Shown in pieces: positions 48,240 to 61,048 of a stretch of DNA of 64,000 nt. Both the position numbers and the translations under genes were made by a program. How positions within the stretch are numbered: the stretch's first letter is position 1; the number at the start of each line of letters is the position of its first letter. The DNA is from Pristiophorus japonicus (lineage: Eukaryota), in the NCBI RefSeq assembly GCF_044704955.1, contig NC_091980.1, positions 180,048,001-180,112,000 on the forward strand, read 5' to 3'. The notes below the pieces were generated by a model. That model was not told the origin of the DNA. It saw only the letters and a list, made by a program, of their open reading frames with translations, and did no database searches.

Positions 48240-49470
48240 TCAACAATAGCAACTTGCATTTCTATAGCGCCTTTAACACAGTAAAATGTCCCAATGGGAA
48301 CGTTGAATAAAATTTGACACCGAACCACATGAAATATTAGGACAGATGACCAAAAGCATAGTGAAAGAGGCAGGTTTTAAGGAGTGCCTTAAAGGATAGA
48401 GTGGTCGAAAGGAGGAGAGGTTTAGGAAGGGAATTCCAGAGCTCAAGGCCTAGGCAGCTGAAGGCACAGCCACCAATGGTAGAGCAATTCAAATCGGGGA
48501 TGCACCAAGAAGCCAGAATTGGAGGAGTGCAGAGATATTGAAGGCTTGAGGGCTGGAGGGGGTTACAGAGATAGGTAGGGGTGAGGCCATGAAGAGAAGT
48601 AAAACGAGGATAAGGATTTAAAATTGAGGCGTTGCCCGACTAGGAGCTAATGTAGGTCAGCGAGCACTGAGGTGATGGCTGAATGGGACATAATGCGAAT
48701 TAGGAAACGGGCAACAGAGTTTTGGATGAGCTCAAGTTTATGTAGGGTGGAAGATGGGAAGCCGGCCAGGAGAGCATTGAACAGTCAAGTCTAAAGGTAA
48801 CAAAGGCATGGATGAGGGTTTCAGCAACAGATGAGCTGAAGCAGGGGCAGAGACGGGCAATGTTATGGAAGTGGAAGTAGGTCGTCTTAGTGATGGAGCA
48901 GATATGCGGTCGGTGTAATGCATTTGCTTCATGGGTTCTTTGCTTAAGAATTCCTAGCAACACCTTGCTATTAAGAACTAGTTGGTTTATTAGCAAAGGT
49001 ATAACAATCATACTAAAAATTGCCAGTTCATCCATCAAGCTCACAACCACCTGCCTCATCATGGACCCCCTGAACCTAACTGGCTGGGATTTTATTGAGT
49101 CTTGTGAACATCATGTGATTGGCTAAGTCACTCACAATTCAACCAATCTGAGAGCATACTCACAGGTGCATACATTACAGTCGGAAGTTCATCTTGGGGG
49201 TCAAATACGACACCAAGGTTGTGAACAGCCTGGTTCAGTCTCAAACAGTTGCCAGGGAGAGAGATGGAGTTGGTGGCTAGGGAAAGGAGTTTGTGGTGGG
49301 GACCAAAGACAATAGCTTCGGTCTTCCCAATATTTAATTGGAGGAAATTTCTGCACATCCACTACTGGATGTCAGATAAGCAGTCTGACAATTTAAAGAT
49401 AGTGGAGAGATCGAGAGGTGGCAAGGTGTCGTCCACGTACATGTGGAACCTGACCCATGTGTTTTCGGAT
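48240..49470 (-). mobile_element. L2 LINE fragment interrupted by a solo LTR
   Basis: NFLQLNIGKTEAIVFG (49128..49358 ORF) and YFHFHNIARLCP...AETLIHAFVTFRLDC (48700..49062 ORF), with the L2 tail near 48240-48300. Confidence 0.85.
48914..49179 (-). mobile_element. Solo LTR (266 bp) with a 5-bp TSD
   Basis: Begins TGTAATG and ends CATTACA (7-bp terminal inverted repeat). GTCGG is duplicated at 48909-48913 and 49180-49184. AATAAA on the minus strand near 48986-48991. Confidence 0.85.
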
Positions 49471-50844
49471 TCATTTGGTTGTATTCTCGTCAGAGCCTTG
49501 AAAATCTGACCCCCCATCAACCTTCACTAGTAAATTTCCCCGATAGAAAAAGTTTCACTGAATTCTAAGCCGAGCAGAAAACAAAGGAAACAAATCTTGT
49601 TTCTGTTTTAGGATTGATCTCCAAATGCTTCTGCATTTGCAGTTTTTGTAACCTCCTGTCTAGAAGTCATTGAACTTCAAGCTCCTCCTATTATCCAGTG
49701 GAACCATGGTAGATGTTGCTCAAAGTCTGCTTTATTTAACTTTTGAGAATTCAGTTGCCTAAAAAAAAAAACGTCCATTTGTACAGCACCTCGTTACATC
49801 GCAATGTCTCAAAGTATTTTATATAATGAAATGTCTTGTAGCCTAAAACCAATTCTAAAAATAGACATCCCAGCGAGGTTAGATGTAGGAACTTTTTCTG
49901 GCAATATAATATTAATTATTCACAAAAAGGTAAACACTGGCAATTTTATGTGCATCTCTGATTCAAAGATTTGAATAAAGTCAGCTACGCAAGTGGAGTA
50001 CGTTGCATGGAAGTATGAATGAAGATGTCCAGTTTGGAGGGCAAACCATAGAAATGTGGTATGCCACATTGTGGGTTATAACATTTCTTTTTGGAAGTCA
50101 CTGAGGTTGAATGTTATGATTACAGCTGGGACACTCACATACGTTGGGTGAAATTTGAAGGAAATAAATGGGGTTCAGAAAGAAACCAAAACTTGACAGA
50201 AATCAAAAAGTAAGGCAGCAGAGGGAGAAAGACTACAGGACAAAAAGCAAACTGAGATCAGGATAACAGGAGCACCAGTGAATTGTGTGGAATTAGGTCA
50301 GAAAATAAAAAGCAGAAAGAGATGCTTGATACAAAGGAAAAGGAAATGTGCCTATTCTACTTTTTATTTTCCCCTTCTTTTGGTGATGGTGATTTTTTTG
50401 GCAGGCTTTTGAATCCGTGGACTGTGATGCATGAGAACTTGCAGTATAAAAATTAGTGTGTGTGAGAAAGCATGCTCACGTTATATCAAACTTCTTTTAC
50501 CCAAAAATCCGGTAGCTAAATTAGATGGAAAAGTCCTAACGAGGAACTAATGAATACACAACAAAGAGGCTCCTCACAAGCAGAATAAACTATTCCAACT
50601 GCAATTTTTTTTGTGTGTTAAAATACAGTATCTCAATTTTATTGCAGTACTATGACATACTGCAAACGAGCATAACATTTTGGCTGGATTTCACACTCAT
50701 TGACTGGATCGCTTATCTAGATTTATATCACTTCTGTTGCTTCTAATGGAGCAATTCGCAAAAAGCAAAATGTGATGAAGCATTAAATTCACAGGGCAAT
50801 TCAGAGCTGAAATATTATTCCCTGGTGGAAATTAGACATAGCTC

Positions 50845-51800
50845 TGTAACTTCCCCTTGTACTCACCTTTTAACCTACCAGCCTCCACGTTCAACGGATC
50901 ATCCTCCGTCACTTCCAACGTGATCCCACCACTAAACCCATCTTCTCCTCCCCTCCAGCATCCCAAAGGGACCGTTCCCTCTGCGACACCCTGGCCATTC
51001 CTCAATCATCCCAACAGCCCCTCCCCTCAGCACCTTCCCGTGCAAGCTCAGGAGATGCAACACTTGCCCTTTTACCTCCTCCCTTCCCACTGTCCAGGGC
51101 CCCAAACACACCTTCCAGGTGAAACAGCGATTTACTTGTACTTTTTGCAATTTAGTATACTGTATTCGCTGCTCACTATGTGGTCTCCTCTACATTGGGG
51201 AGACCAAACGCAGATTGGGTGACCGCTTTGCAGAACACCTCCGTTCAGCTCACAAGCATGACCTCGAGCTTCCAGTTGCTGATCACTTTAATTCCCCGCT
51301 CACTCCCACTCTGAACTCTCCGTCCTTGGCCTCCTGCACTGTTCCAATAAAGCTCAACGTAAGCTCAAGGTACAGCATCTTATCTTTCGATTAGGCACTT
51401 TACAGCCTTCTGGACTCAACATTTTCAGACCAAAACTTCTGCCCCTCTTTTTTCAGGCGGCAGCGGTTTATGATTCTGTCATTCCCATTTGTAACATTTA
51501 ATCATTGCTCCCCTTCCACCCCATCACAGATGCTCTCTTTTGTTCTTTCCTCCCCCCTCCCACCCACCCGCCCGCCCCTTCCACCCCATAACAGACCGTC
51601 CCTTTTGTTCTTTCCTCCCCCCTCCTCCTCCCCTTTCCCTGTCTTCTGTTATATCTCTTACTTTTCCATTTCTGACAAAGAGTCTCAGACCTGAAACGTT
51701 AACTGTTTCTCTCTCCACGGATGCTGCCTGGCCTGTTGAGTGTTTCCAGCAGTTCCTGTTTTTTTGTTTCGAATTCCAGCATCCACTGTATTTTGCTATT
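50845..51800 (+). mobile_element. Penelope-like element 3' part (GIY-YIG endonuclease plus terminal repeat)
   Basis: ORF 51119..51394 reads FTCTFCNLVYCIRCSLCGLLYIGETKRRLGDRFAEH, a GIY-YIG domain with the Penelope CxxC insert. pLTR with a degenerate hammerhead core at 51672-51704. Confidence 0.88.
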
Positions 51801-52111
51801 GCTCTCATTTCCCTATATTTTGGTATTGCACCATCTGGGAAACTCAGAGGCTTCATGTTCTTGCTTTCTGCCTGCACCTTTTCGTGACAGTGGGTGACAA
51901 ATTAGAAATTGCTAAGAGCCTTTCTATTGCCTTTGCCACTGTAGTTGAACCAGAGAGATTGTGAGGCCAGCTATGCTAAGAATACAATGATGATTAAAGC
52001 AAGACTGGAGTGGAGTGTTTTGATTTGAACAAATGATGAACACCATTATAACCTTAAGATAATAATTACTTACATAATTTATGTAGCAATTTAATTTGGA
52101 ATAATACAGTA

Positions 52112-52408
52112 CAGGTACAAGTCTCAAATCCGACAACCTCGGGACCGAGACTGTGCCGGTTTTCGTATTTTGGAATGGTGGCGTGGGTCAGGTCGGGTCG
52201 GGTTGGGGCAAGCGGCATTTGGCAAGACTCAGACTGATCGCACGCCATTTAAAACATCGCAGCGAAGCCGATACCTAATCTGGCCAGTAGGTTTTTGGAC
52301 GAAATTCCGGATTTTATTTTACTGAATATCAAATGGGATTTTCTCAAAAATGTCCAGTTTACGGACAATTCCGATTTTCGGACAGCCGGATTTGAGACGT
52401 TGTGCCTG
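52112..52408. mobile_element. Tc1/mariner-type MITE
   Basis: TA on both sides, with TIRs caggtacaagtctcaaatccg / cggatttgagacgttgtgcctg. Lies 66 bp into the intron from the exon boundary at 52475. Confidence 0.8.
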
Positions 52409-52474
52409 TAATACAGCTGAATCAACGTGATCCACGTTTACACAAAGCCAGATATCTCAGCATGCCATACTAAC

Positions 52475-52602
52475 CGGTTGTGGTTTTCTCCATGTTGCTT
52501 TCCTCACTTCTCTGCCAGATAGGTGTTGATTTACCACTGCCGCCACTCTCATTAAAGCTCAGACGATCAACTGACCCAGGAGAACGCCGATTAATACCAA
52601 AT
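52475..52602 (-). CDS. SIPA1L1: SIPA1L1-like (SPAR family RapGAP) coding exon; first of the seven in transcription order
   Basis: Acceptor tcttttttgatttcaattgtcag and donor G|gttagt. 128 nt, phase 2 to 1. Translates (G)[42 protein letters not shown], matching recalled human SIPA1L1 GFGVSRRSPASIDRQ...[16 protein letters not shown]. Confidence 0.9.
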
Positions 52603-52839
52603 CTGACAATTGAAATCAAAAAAGACAAGATTATTACTTACTGAACAAAACAATTCCCTAAGGCTGCTGAGGAGTTCAATCAGTAAACCAATTCAGAGTA
52701 ATGAAGCAGACTAGTTTTTAGACCAGTCGAAAAAGCTCAACTTCCATCATTGACGGGTGTTTTTTGAGAAGCGTATAAAATGTTTCATTTTTTTTTATTT
52801 ACCAGATTAATTTATTTACGTTGATAGTTTAACAATAGA

Positions 52840-53440
52840 ACTACCCTCTGGATGAAAAACATTCCCCTCAAATCCCCTCTAAACCTCCTAACCTAACCCT
52901 AACCCCCTCGAACCCTAACCCTAACTTTAAACATATGTCCCGTGTTTCTTGACCCCTCTGCTAAGGGAAATAGGTTTGTCGTTTCCACTCTATCTCAGCC
53001 CTTCATAATTTTATACTTTAATAAGGTCTCCTCTCAGCCCCCTCTGTTCCAAAGAAAACAAATCCAACCTAACCAATCTTTCCTCATAGCTAAAATTCTC
53101 CAGTCCTGGCAACATCCTCGTAAATCTCCTCTGTACCCTCTCTGTGCAATCACATCTTTCCTGTAATGTGGTGACCAGAACTGCATGCAGTACTCTAGCA
53201 GTGGCCTAACTAATGTTTTATACAGTTCAAGCATAACCTCCCTGCTCTTGTATTCTATGCCATGTATTCTACAATAAAGGCAAGTATTCCGTATGTCTTC
53301 TTAACCACCTTATTTACCTGGCCTGCTACCTTCAGGTATCTGTGGACATGCACTCCAAGGTCCCTTTATTCCCCTACACTTCTCGGTGTCCGACCAGTTA
53401 ATGTGTATTCCCTTGCCTTGTTAGCCCTCCCCAAATGGTT
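52840..53440 (-). mobile_element. CR1 3' fragment containing a short telomere-like insert
   Basis: ORF 53034..53234 reads [30 protein letters not shown]; a (ccctaa)-like run sits at 52887-52926. Confidence 0.85.
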
Positions 53441-54148
53441 ATGATACTTTCTCCTCTTGTGATCAAATAGTTTGCAACACTCACCGTTAAGTCTCACACA
53501 TGAAGCTTGGCCACATGGGCAAGGAACTAAAGGCTGCCAAACTTTCCACCTGTGGAACTGTATCCCACACAAGGCAACAATGCTGAAAATAGTGGGCTGG
53601 GGAGATGATTGGCGAGAAGACATTTTTTTTTCCACTTTTTGTCCCTGGTGTCGGCATTAAGCACTTCTACAGACAGGCGTTTGCCTATTTTTGCCATGGT
53701 CCCTGGAGAGTGACCCTTTCCTTTCATTTAGCTTGCACATCAAGATTTACTTGATTCAACAGAACATTTGAAGACTCAAAAGCAGATTTCTAGGCCCACA
53801 TTTCAGCGGCTCCATGATGCCATTGGCTTTATGGCGGTTGGGCCGTTTATTCATAGGAGTGCATTTGGTAGAGAGAGAACTGTCTGCTGTCAGCTATACT
53901 TTTCTATGCAAAAGCACACAGCATCAGGTACAGCATGGATTAGATACCGAGAAAAGTTCTTTCTCCTCATCCAACAATATACATATTACCAACCCACAAA
54001 CAGCAACTCTATCCTCTCCAAGCATGTGCCACCAAGTAGGAAGAAAAGTTTCCTGGAAAGCCGAATAATGGAGCCTGGTTCAACCACTACACTACTTACT
54101 GGCTAGAAATGCACAAATGCATTCCCCTCTTAAACCGTGGCTATCTTT

Positions 54149-54192
54149 ATAACAAATGTGATCCAACTGATAACAAATGTGATCCAACTGAT
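54149..54192 (+). repeat. Perfect 21-bp tandem duplication
   Basis: ataacaaatgtgatccaactg x2. Confidence 0.95.
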
Positions 54193-55059
54193 GAGAGGAA
54201 AGTAGGTTGACGGAGCTGGGTGGATCAATGGACTAGTACTCATTTTCTGGTACCTATTCAGCCCAGATATTGCCAAGATCCTTTTGGAAATTAGTCTGAC
54301 CCAACCGAGACTCTAGTTGATGTCGGTCCCTAACTTGAGCATAAATTAGCAATGTCATTCAGAGGTCACGTTGAAGTCGATGATGGGAAATTGAAATGTC
54401 ACATGGAGCAGTAGGTTAGTGACAATCCCATAAATTATGCAGCAATTATTGAGATGATAAATTACCATCAACAGTTCCCAGCATGTCCATTTGTACAAGG
54501 TCACCAGAGGCTAAAAAAACTGCAATCTTCTTGGATTTTCACCAAACTCGATAAGGTAAGCTACTCAGGCAAAACATTAACATCTACGCTAAAAAAATAT
54601 GTAACTTTCAGCTGTTTGTGTTTTACCCCATTCCTCACTGGTTGACATTAGGTCAATTCTGATGAGTGCTTTATTTGAATGAAACATTTTGAAGTTATTG
54701 AAATAGCTTAACATACATGTTCCATCCAACCCTCCTTCCAAATGTAAAATACACATTTGAAACTGTAGATTGCTAGATGGTTTGCAATTCTCCTACTTGT
54801 TTGTGTTTGGTTGGGGCATGAAAAGAACTTAGAACAGCGACAGAGCTTTCTGCCAGCAGATAAAGACCTCACACACCTGATTCGTTGTGTTTTTTGAATG
54901 GCTCGTACCATCTAAATTTGAGTAATTTTGCATTGTTGAGGGGTTTCCACCCATTGATTTAGTTTTCAACGTGTCAAATCTGGTATTTATCAACACCTAG
55001 CCCAAGCTTTCAGATTGCCTAAACACTCCATTATTAATAGTTCATCTGGACATCATAAC

Positions 55060-58000
55060 AGTTGTGTATCTGTAAAGCATGCGCTCCCATGTTCTGCCAC
55101 CAGGGAGCGCATCCCCTGAAGTCCCAAGGGATCCCAGCATCCCTTGGGAGCACTGTATATAAGCCGGCCCCTAAGGCCTGTTCCTCACTCTGGGGTGTCT
55201 TAATAAAGACTGAGGTCATTGTTACTTCAATATCCCTGTGTGCAGTTTCATCTGTGTTAGGAACACAACAACTGGCGACAAGTATACGAATCCAACGCAA
55301 AGATGCAGCAAACTGTGGGCATCCTGGAGAAGTTCTCGGAGGGTGAGGACTGGGAAGCCTATGTCGAACGGCTAGACCAGTACTTTGTAGCCAACGAGCT
55401 GGACGGAGAAGGAAGCGCTGCAAAAAGGAGGGCGGTCCTCCTCACGGTCTGCGGGGCACCGACCTACAGCCTCATGAAGAATCTTCTGGCTCTGGTGAAA
55501 CCCACAGATAAGTCATATGAGGAGCTGTGCGCACTGGTTCGGGAGCATCTTAATACGAGGGAGAGCGTGCTAATGGCGAGGTATCGGTTCTACACGTGCC
55601 AGCGATCTGAAGGTCAGGAAGTGGTGAGCTACGTCGCCGAGCGAAGGCAACTTGCAGGACAATGTGAGTTTGATGGCTACCTGGAGCAGATGCTCAGAGA
55701 CTTTTTTGTACTGGGCATTGGCCACGAGACCATCCTAAGAAAACTTTTGACTGTAGAGACACCGACCCTCAGTAAGGCCATTGCGATAGCACAGGCGTTT
55801 ATGTCCACCAGTGATAACACCAAACAAATCTCTCAGCACACAAGTGCACACAATGTTCATAAATTAACCGGAACAGTGTTTACAAGCAGAAATGTACAAG
55901 GCAGAAACAGCGAGTCTGCAACTGCCAGCAGGCCTCAGGTGACCCAGATGACTCAGAGTCCGCAACAAAGGATGAATGCAAGGCAATTCACACCTTGTTG
56001 GCGTTGTGGAGGCTTACATTCAGCCTATTCATGCCGCTTCAAAGGGTATGTTTGCAAGAGCTGTGGAACAATGGGGCACCTCCAACGAGCTTGCAAACGA
56101 GCTGCAAGCTCTGCAAAACCTGCTAACCACCACGTGGCAGAGGAAGATCGGTCCATGGTGGATCAAAGCAATTTCGAGCCTCAGAGAGAGGAGGCAGATG
56201 CTGAAGTACATGGGGTGTACACATTTTCGACGAAATGTCCACCAATAATGCTAAATGTAAAATTGAATGGCTTACTCGTAGGCATGGAACTGGACACTGG
56301 CGCTAGCCAATCCATCATGAGTAAAAAGATGTTTGAGAGACTGTGGTGCAACAAGGCACTCAGACCAGCCCAGAGCCCCATCCACACGAAACGGAGAATA
56401 TACGCCAAAGAGCTTATCACTGTCCTGGGCAGCGCCATGGACAAGGTCACCTACGAGGGCACGGTGCACGAACTGCCTCTGGATTGTCCCGGGCGATGGC
56501 CCCACACTGCTTGGAAGGAGCTGGCTGGGCAATATCCGCTGGAACTGGGATGACATCCGAGCGCTATCACATGTCGATGAGGCTTCATGTATCCAGGTTC
56601 TCAAAAAATTTCCTTCCCTTTTTGAGCCAGGCGTTGGAAACTTTTCCGGGGCGAAGTTGCGGATCCACTTGGTGCCAGAGGCACGACCCATTCACCACAA
56701 GGCGTGAGCGGTACCTCACATGATGAGGGAGAGAGAGTGGAAATCGAGCTGGACAGGCTGCAATGCGAGGGCATCATCTCCCCAGTGGAATTCAACGCAT
56801 GGGCCAGCCCGATTGTTCCAGTACTCAAAAGTAATGGCACGGTCAGGATTTGCAGCGATTATAAAGTAACTATTAATCGTTTCTCGCTACAGGACCAATA
56901 CCCGCTACCTGAGGCAGACGACCTATTTGCGACGCTGGCAGGAGGCAAGATGTTCACCAAGCTCAACCTGACTTCGGCCTACATGACGCAGGAGCTGGAG
57001 GATTCTTCGAAGGGCCTCACCTGCATCAACACACACAAGGAACTGTTTATTTACAACAGATGCCCGTTTGGAATTCGGTCGGCTGCAGCGATCTTCCAGA
57101 GAAACATGGAGAGCCTACTCAAGTCGGTACCACGCATGGTGGTTTTTCAGGACGATATATTGGTCACGGGTCGGGATGCCGCCGAGCACCTACAAAACCT
57201 GGAGGAGGTCCTCCAGCGACTGGATCGCGTAGGCTGCGGCTGAAGAGGTCGAAATGCGTCTTCATGTCAACAGAAGTGGAGTTTTTGGGCAGAAAGATCG
57301 CGGCGGACGGCATTCGGCCCACAGACGCCAAGACAGAGGCTATCAGGAATGCGCCCAGGCCACAGAACGTCACGGAGCTGCGGTCGTTCCTGGGACTCAA
57401 CTATTTTGGTAACTTCCTACCGGGGTTAAGCACCCTCTTAGAGCCCCTACATGTGTTATTGCGTAAAGGTGAGAACTGGGTATGGGGAAAAAACCAAGTA
57501 ATTGCTTTTGAGAAAGCCAGAAACATTTTATGCTCCAACAAGCTGCTTGTATTGTATAAGCCGTGTAAAAGACTTGTGCTAGCATGTGATGTGTCGTCGT
57601 ACGGAGTCGGGTGTGTATTACAACAAGCTAACATTGCGAGGAAGTTGCAATCTGTCGCCTATGCCTCCAGGAGTTTGTCTAAGGCCAAGAGGGCCTACAG
57701 CAAGATTGAGAAAGAGGCATTAGCGTGTGTGTTCGAGGTAAAGAAAATGCCTCAAATTTGAGCTGGAAACCGATCAGAAGCCCCTCATATTCCTGTTCGC
57801 TGAAAACAAGGGGATAAATACTAATGCCTCAGCCCGCATACAAAGGTGGGCACTCGCGCTATCAGTGTATAACTATACCATCCGCCACAGGCCAGGCACC
57901 GAGAACTGTGCGGATGCTCTCAGTCGGCTACCATTGCCCACCATGGGGGTGGAAATGGCGCAGCCTGCAAACTTGTTGATGGTGGCGCAGCCCGCAGACT

Positions 58001-59657
58001 TGTTGATGGTCATGGAAGCGTTTGAAAATGATAAATCACCTGTCATGGCCCACCAGATTAGGACTTGGACCAGCCAAGATCCTCTGCTGTCCCTAGTAAA
58101 AAACTGTGTACTGCATGGGAGCTGGGCCAACATCCCCGTTGAAATGCAAGAGCTAATCAAGCTGTTCCAACGGCGAAAGGACGAGCTGTCTATTCAGGCA
58201 GACTGCCTGTTGTGGGGTAACCACGTAGTGCTACCCAAAAAGGGCAGGGAGACGTTCATCTCGGATCTCCACAGCACACACCCGGGTATAGTAATGATGA
58301 AAGCGATAGCCAGATCCCACGTGTGGTGGCCCGGTATCGACTCTGACTTAAGAGTCCTGTGTACAGCAATGCAGCGTGTGCGCTTAGTTGAGCATCACGC
58401 CCAGAGAGGCACTACTAAGTTTGTGGTCCTGGTCCTCCAGACCATGGTCGAGGATATATGTTAACTATGCCGGCCCGTTTCTCAGTAAAATATTCCTGGT
58501 GGTGGTGGATGCTTTTTCAAAATGGATTGAATGTGAAATAATGTCGGGAAGCACCGCCACCGCCACCATTGAAAGCCTGAGGGCCATGTTTGCCACCCAC
58601 GGCCTGCCTGACATACTGGTCAGTGACAACGGGCCATGTTTCACCAGTGCCGAATTTAAAGAATTCATGACCCGCAATGGGATCAAACATGTCACCTCGG
58701 CCCCGTTTAAACCAGCCTCCAATGGGCAGGCAGAGCGGGCAGTACAATCAAACAGAGCCTTAAACAAGTCACAGAAGGCTCACTCCAAACCCGCCTGTCC
58801 CGAGTACTGCTAAGCTACCGCACGAGACCCCACTTGCTCACAGGGGTGCCCCCGGCTTAACTACTCATGAAAAGGACACTTAAAACCAGACTCTTGCTGG
58901 TTCACCCCAACTTGCATGATCAGGTAGAGGGCAGGCGGCAGCAACAAAATGTAAACGATGGTCGCGCCACTGTGTCACGGGAAATTGATTTGAATGACCC
59001 TGTGTATGTGCTAAACTATGGACATGGTCCCAAGTGGATCGCGGGCACGGTGATAGCTAAAGAAGGGAGTAGAGTGTTTGTAGTCAAACAAGACAATGGA
59101 CAAATTTGCAGAAAGCACCTGGACCAAACGAGGCTGCGGTTCACAGACTGCCCTGAACAACCCACAGCAGACACCACCTTTTTCGAGCCCACAACACACA
59201 CCCAAAGGATAAATGACACCACCCCGGACCAGGAAATCGAACCCATCACTCCCAACAGCCCAGCAAGGCCAGGCTCACCTAGCAGCCCTGCAGGGCCAAC
59301 ACGCCAGCCCAGCGAGGGCACAGCCAACACACCAGAACAGACTTTTGTACCGAGGCGGTCCACCAGGGAAAAAAAGGCTCCCGACCGCCTCACCTTGTAA
59401 ATAGTTTTCACTTTGGCTTTGGGGGGGGGGGGGCGGCAGGGAGTGATGTTGTGTATCTGTAAAGCATGCACTCCCATGTTCCGCCACCAGGGAGCGCATC
59501 CCCTGAAGTCCCAAGCGATCCCAGCATCCCTTGGGAGCACTGTATATAAGCCGGCCCCTAAGGCCTGTTCCTCACTCTGGAGTGTCTTAATAAAGACTGA
59601 GGTCACTGTTACTTTAACCTCCCTGTGTGCAGTCTCAACTGTGTTAGGAACACAACA
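55060..59657 (+). mobile_element. Near-full-length Gypsy/Ty3 (Mag-like) LTR retrotransposon with a 5-bp TSD
   Basis: LTRs at 55060-55270 and 59447-59657 (211 bp each, about 11 mismatches by eye, TATATAA and AATAAA inside). TSD ATAAC at 55055-59 and 59658-62. PBS tggcgacaag at 55273. G-rich PPT at 59421-59446. Domains: gag with two CCHC knuckles, protease LDTGAS, RT, RNase H and integrase (LVSDNGPCF...SNGQAER). Confidence 0.97.
55303..59400 (+). pseudogene. Frameshifted gag-pol of Gypsy element 2
   Basis: 55303..56553 gag plus protease in one frame; 56704..57243 RT (VVFQDDIL); 57060..57761 RT/RNase H; 57865..58813 integrase; 58867..59400 C-terminus. Confidence 0.92.
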
Positions 59658-61048
59658 ATAACAATATAACCTCACCATACAAACAGAAAGAGAATTAAAG
59701 GGCATCTATTTTTCTTTAGAGTTTAAATGTGCTTGTATGGTGTGTTTGTGTGTGTTATTAGAATCGTGTATGTATCCTTTCGAAATGTAACTGTAAAAAT
59801 AATCTGTAGGAGTAAAATTATTTCCAATGCCCCTGTATACCATGGGACCTGGGGGGATTCCAGGTTAATGTAAGGTTGTGAGACATCTGTATTTTTCTAT
59901 ATTTGTTGACTGACAAGTACACGATTTCTGTTGCTGTATTGTAATAAACATTTGCTGTAATGATAGCACACTTTTCCTTTCGGCAGCCAACACCATTTTT
60001 CTGAATTATCGACAGCCACGGACAGGGAATGACAAATCTTTGCAGAGGGTCTTTCACACAGAAAATCTGAAAAATACACTGAATTAACAATTTTGGGAGG
60101 AAGGGAGGGGAGGAGGAAATGATCATGAAAAATTGCAATTCCAAATGTTTCTTCCAATATTTTTTTCAAGTTTAATTTGCTTCGCTGTGAATGTATAAAA
60201 GTTCAAATTCAAATCATGACCATTAAAAATGTGCACGAAGCAATTACTCGAGTAATGGTATAATCATGTACAACATTCACCAGATTTATTTTAAAAATGG
60301 ATGGAATTCTGTGTTGTGCAACATGTAGAGTACAACATCTGAACTGATCACTTTTGATTAGTTGAATAGACAAATGGGTTTGAGTATTTCCATTACTAAA
60401 ATGCAAGACTTGTTTGCAGGACTAATGTGGCTGTTCATGTAAAGAACAAAAATAGCATACATTACATTCATTAGACTAGACTTTTCCCACAGGTTTATGC
60501 CTATGTAGCTCATTGACAAATTGCACAATGATCAGTAATGTTTAGACAGTGTTAGTCAACATAAATTTGTCTGATAATAGAAATGGGAGAGAGAATCACG
60601 GCTGCATTAGAAACAGAAGAATAATCATCAGAACGACTAGGTTGCTCTGTTACTTTCACCAATGTGCATCTGTCCATTAGACGATTGTGAGAACAGACTG
60701 TGTTTGTGTAGAGAGCTTGTTTCAACTAAATAGGCTAGGGAGGACCAGGGGGTCAGAATTTCAAAAATTGCAAGGTCAGAACTGGGTTAGATATCAGGAG
60801 GTGGTTCTTTTCCCATAGAACAGCAGGTCTGTGGAACAGGCTGCTGGCTCATGCTGTGAACACTGATTCGTTGAATTCCTTCAAACGAGAGTTGGACCTG
60901 TTTCTGGCTGGGATGGAGATCACCTTGTACCTGGTCACGTTAATCAGGACCAGAGTCGTGTCCTGGAGTAGATTTATTAATATTCATTCATGGACGTGGG
61001 TGTCGCTAACAAGGCCAGCATTTATTGCCCATCCATAATTGCCCTCGA

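Noticed and set aside
59016-59705. 229-aa minus-strand ORF, and the similar 55034..55423 ORF, as a possible env or accessory gene
   Set aside because: They are antisense to the LTR and pol tail, start in flanking DNA outside or run out of the element, and have no recognisable domain.
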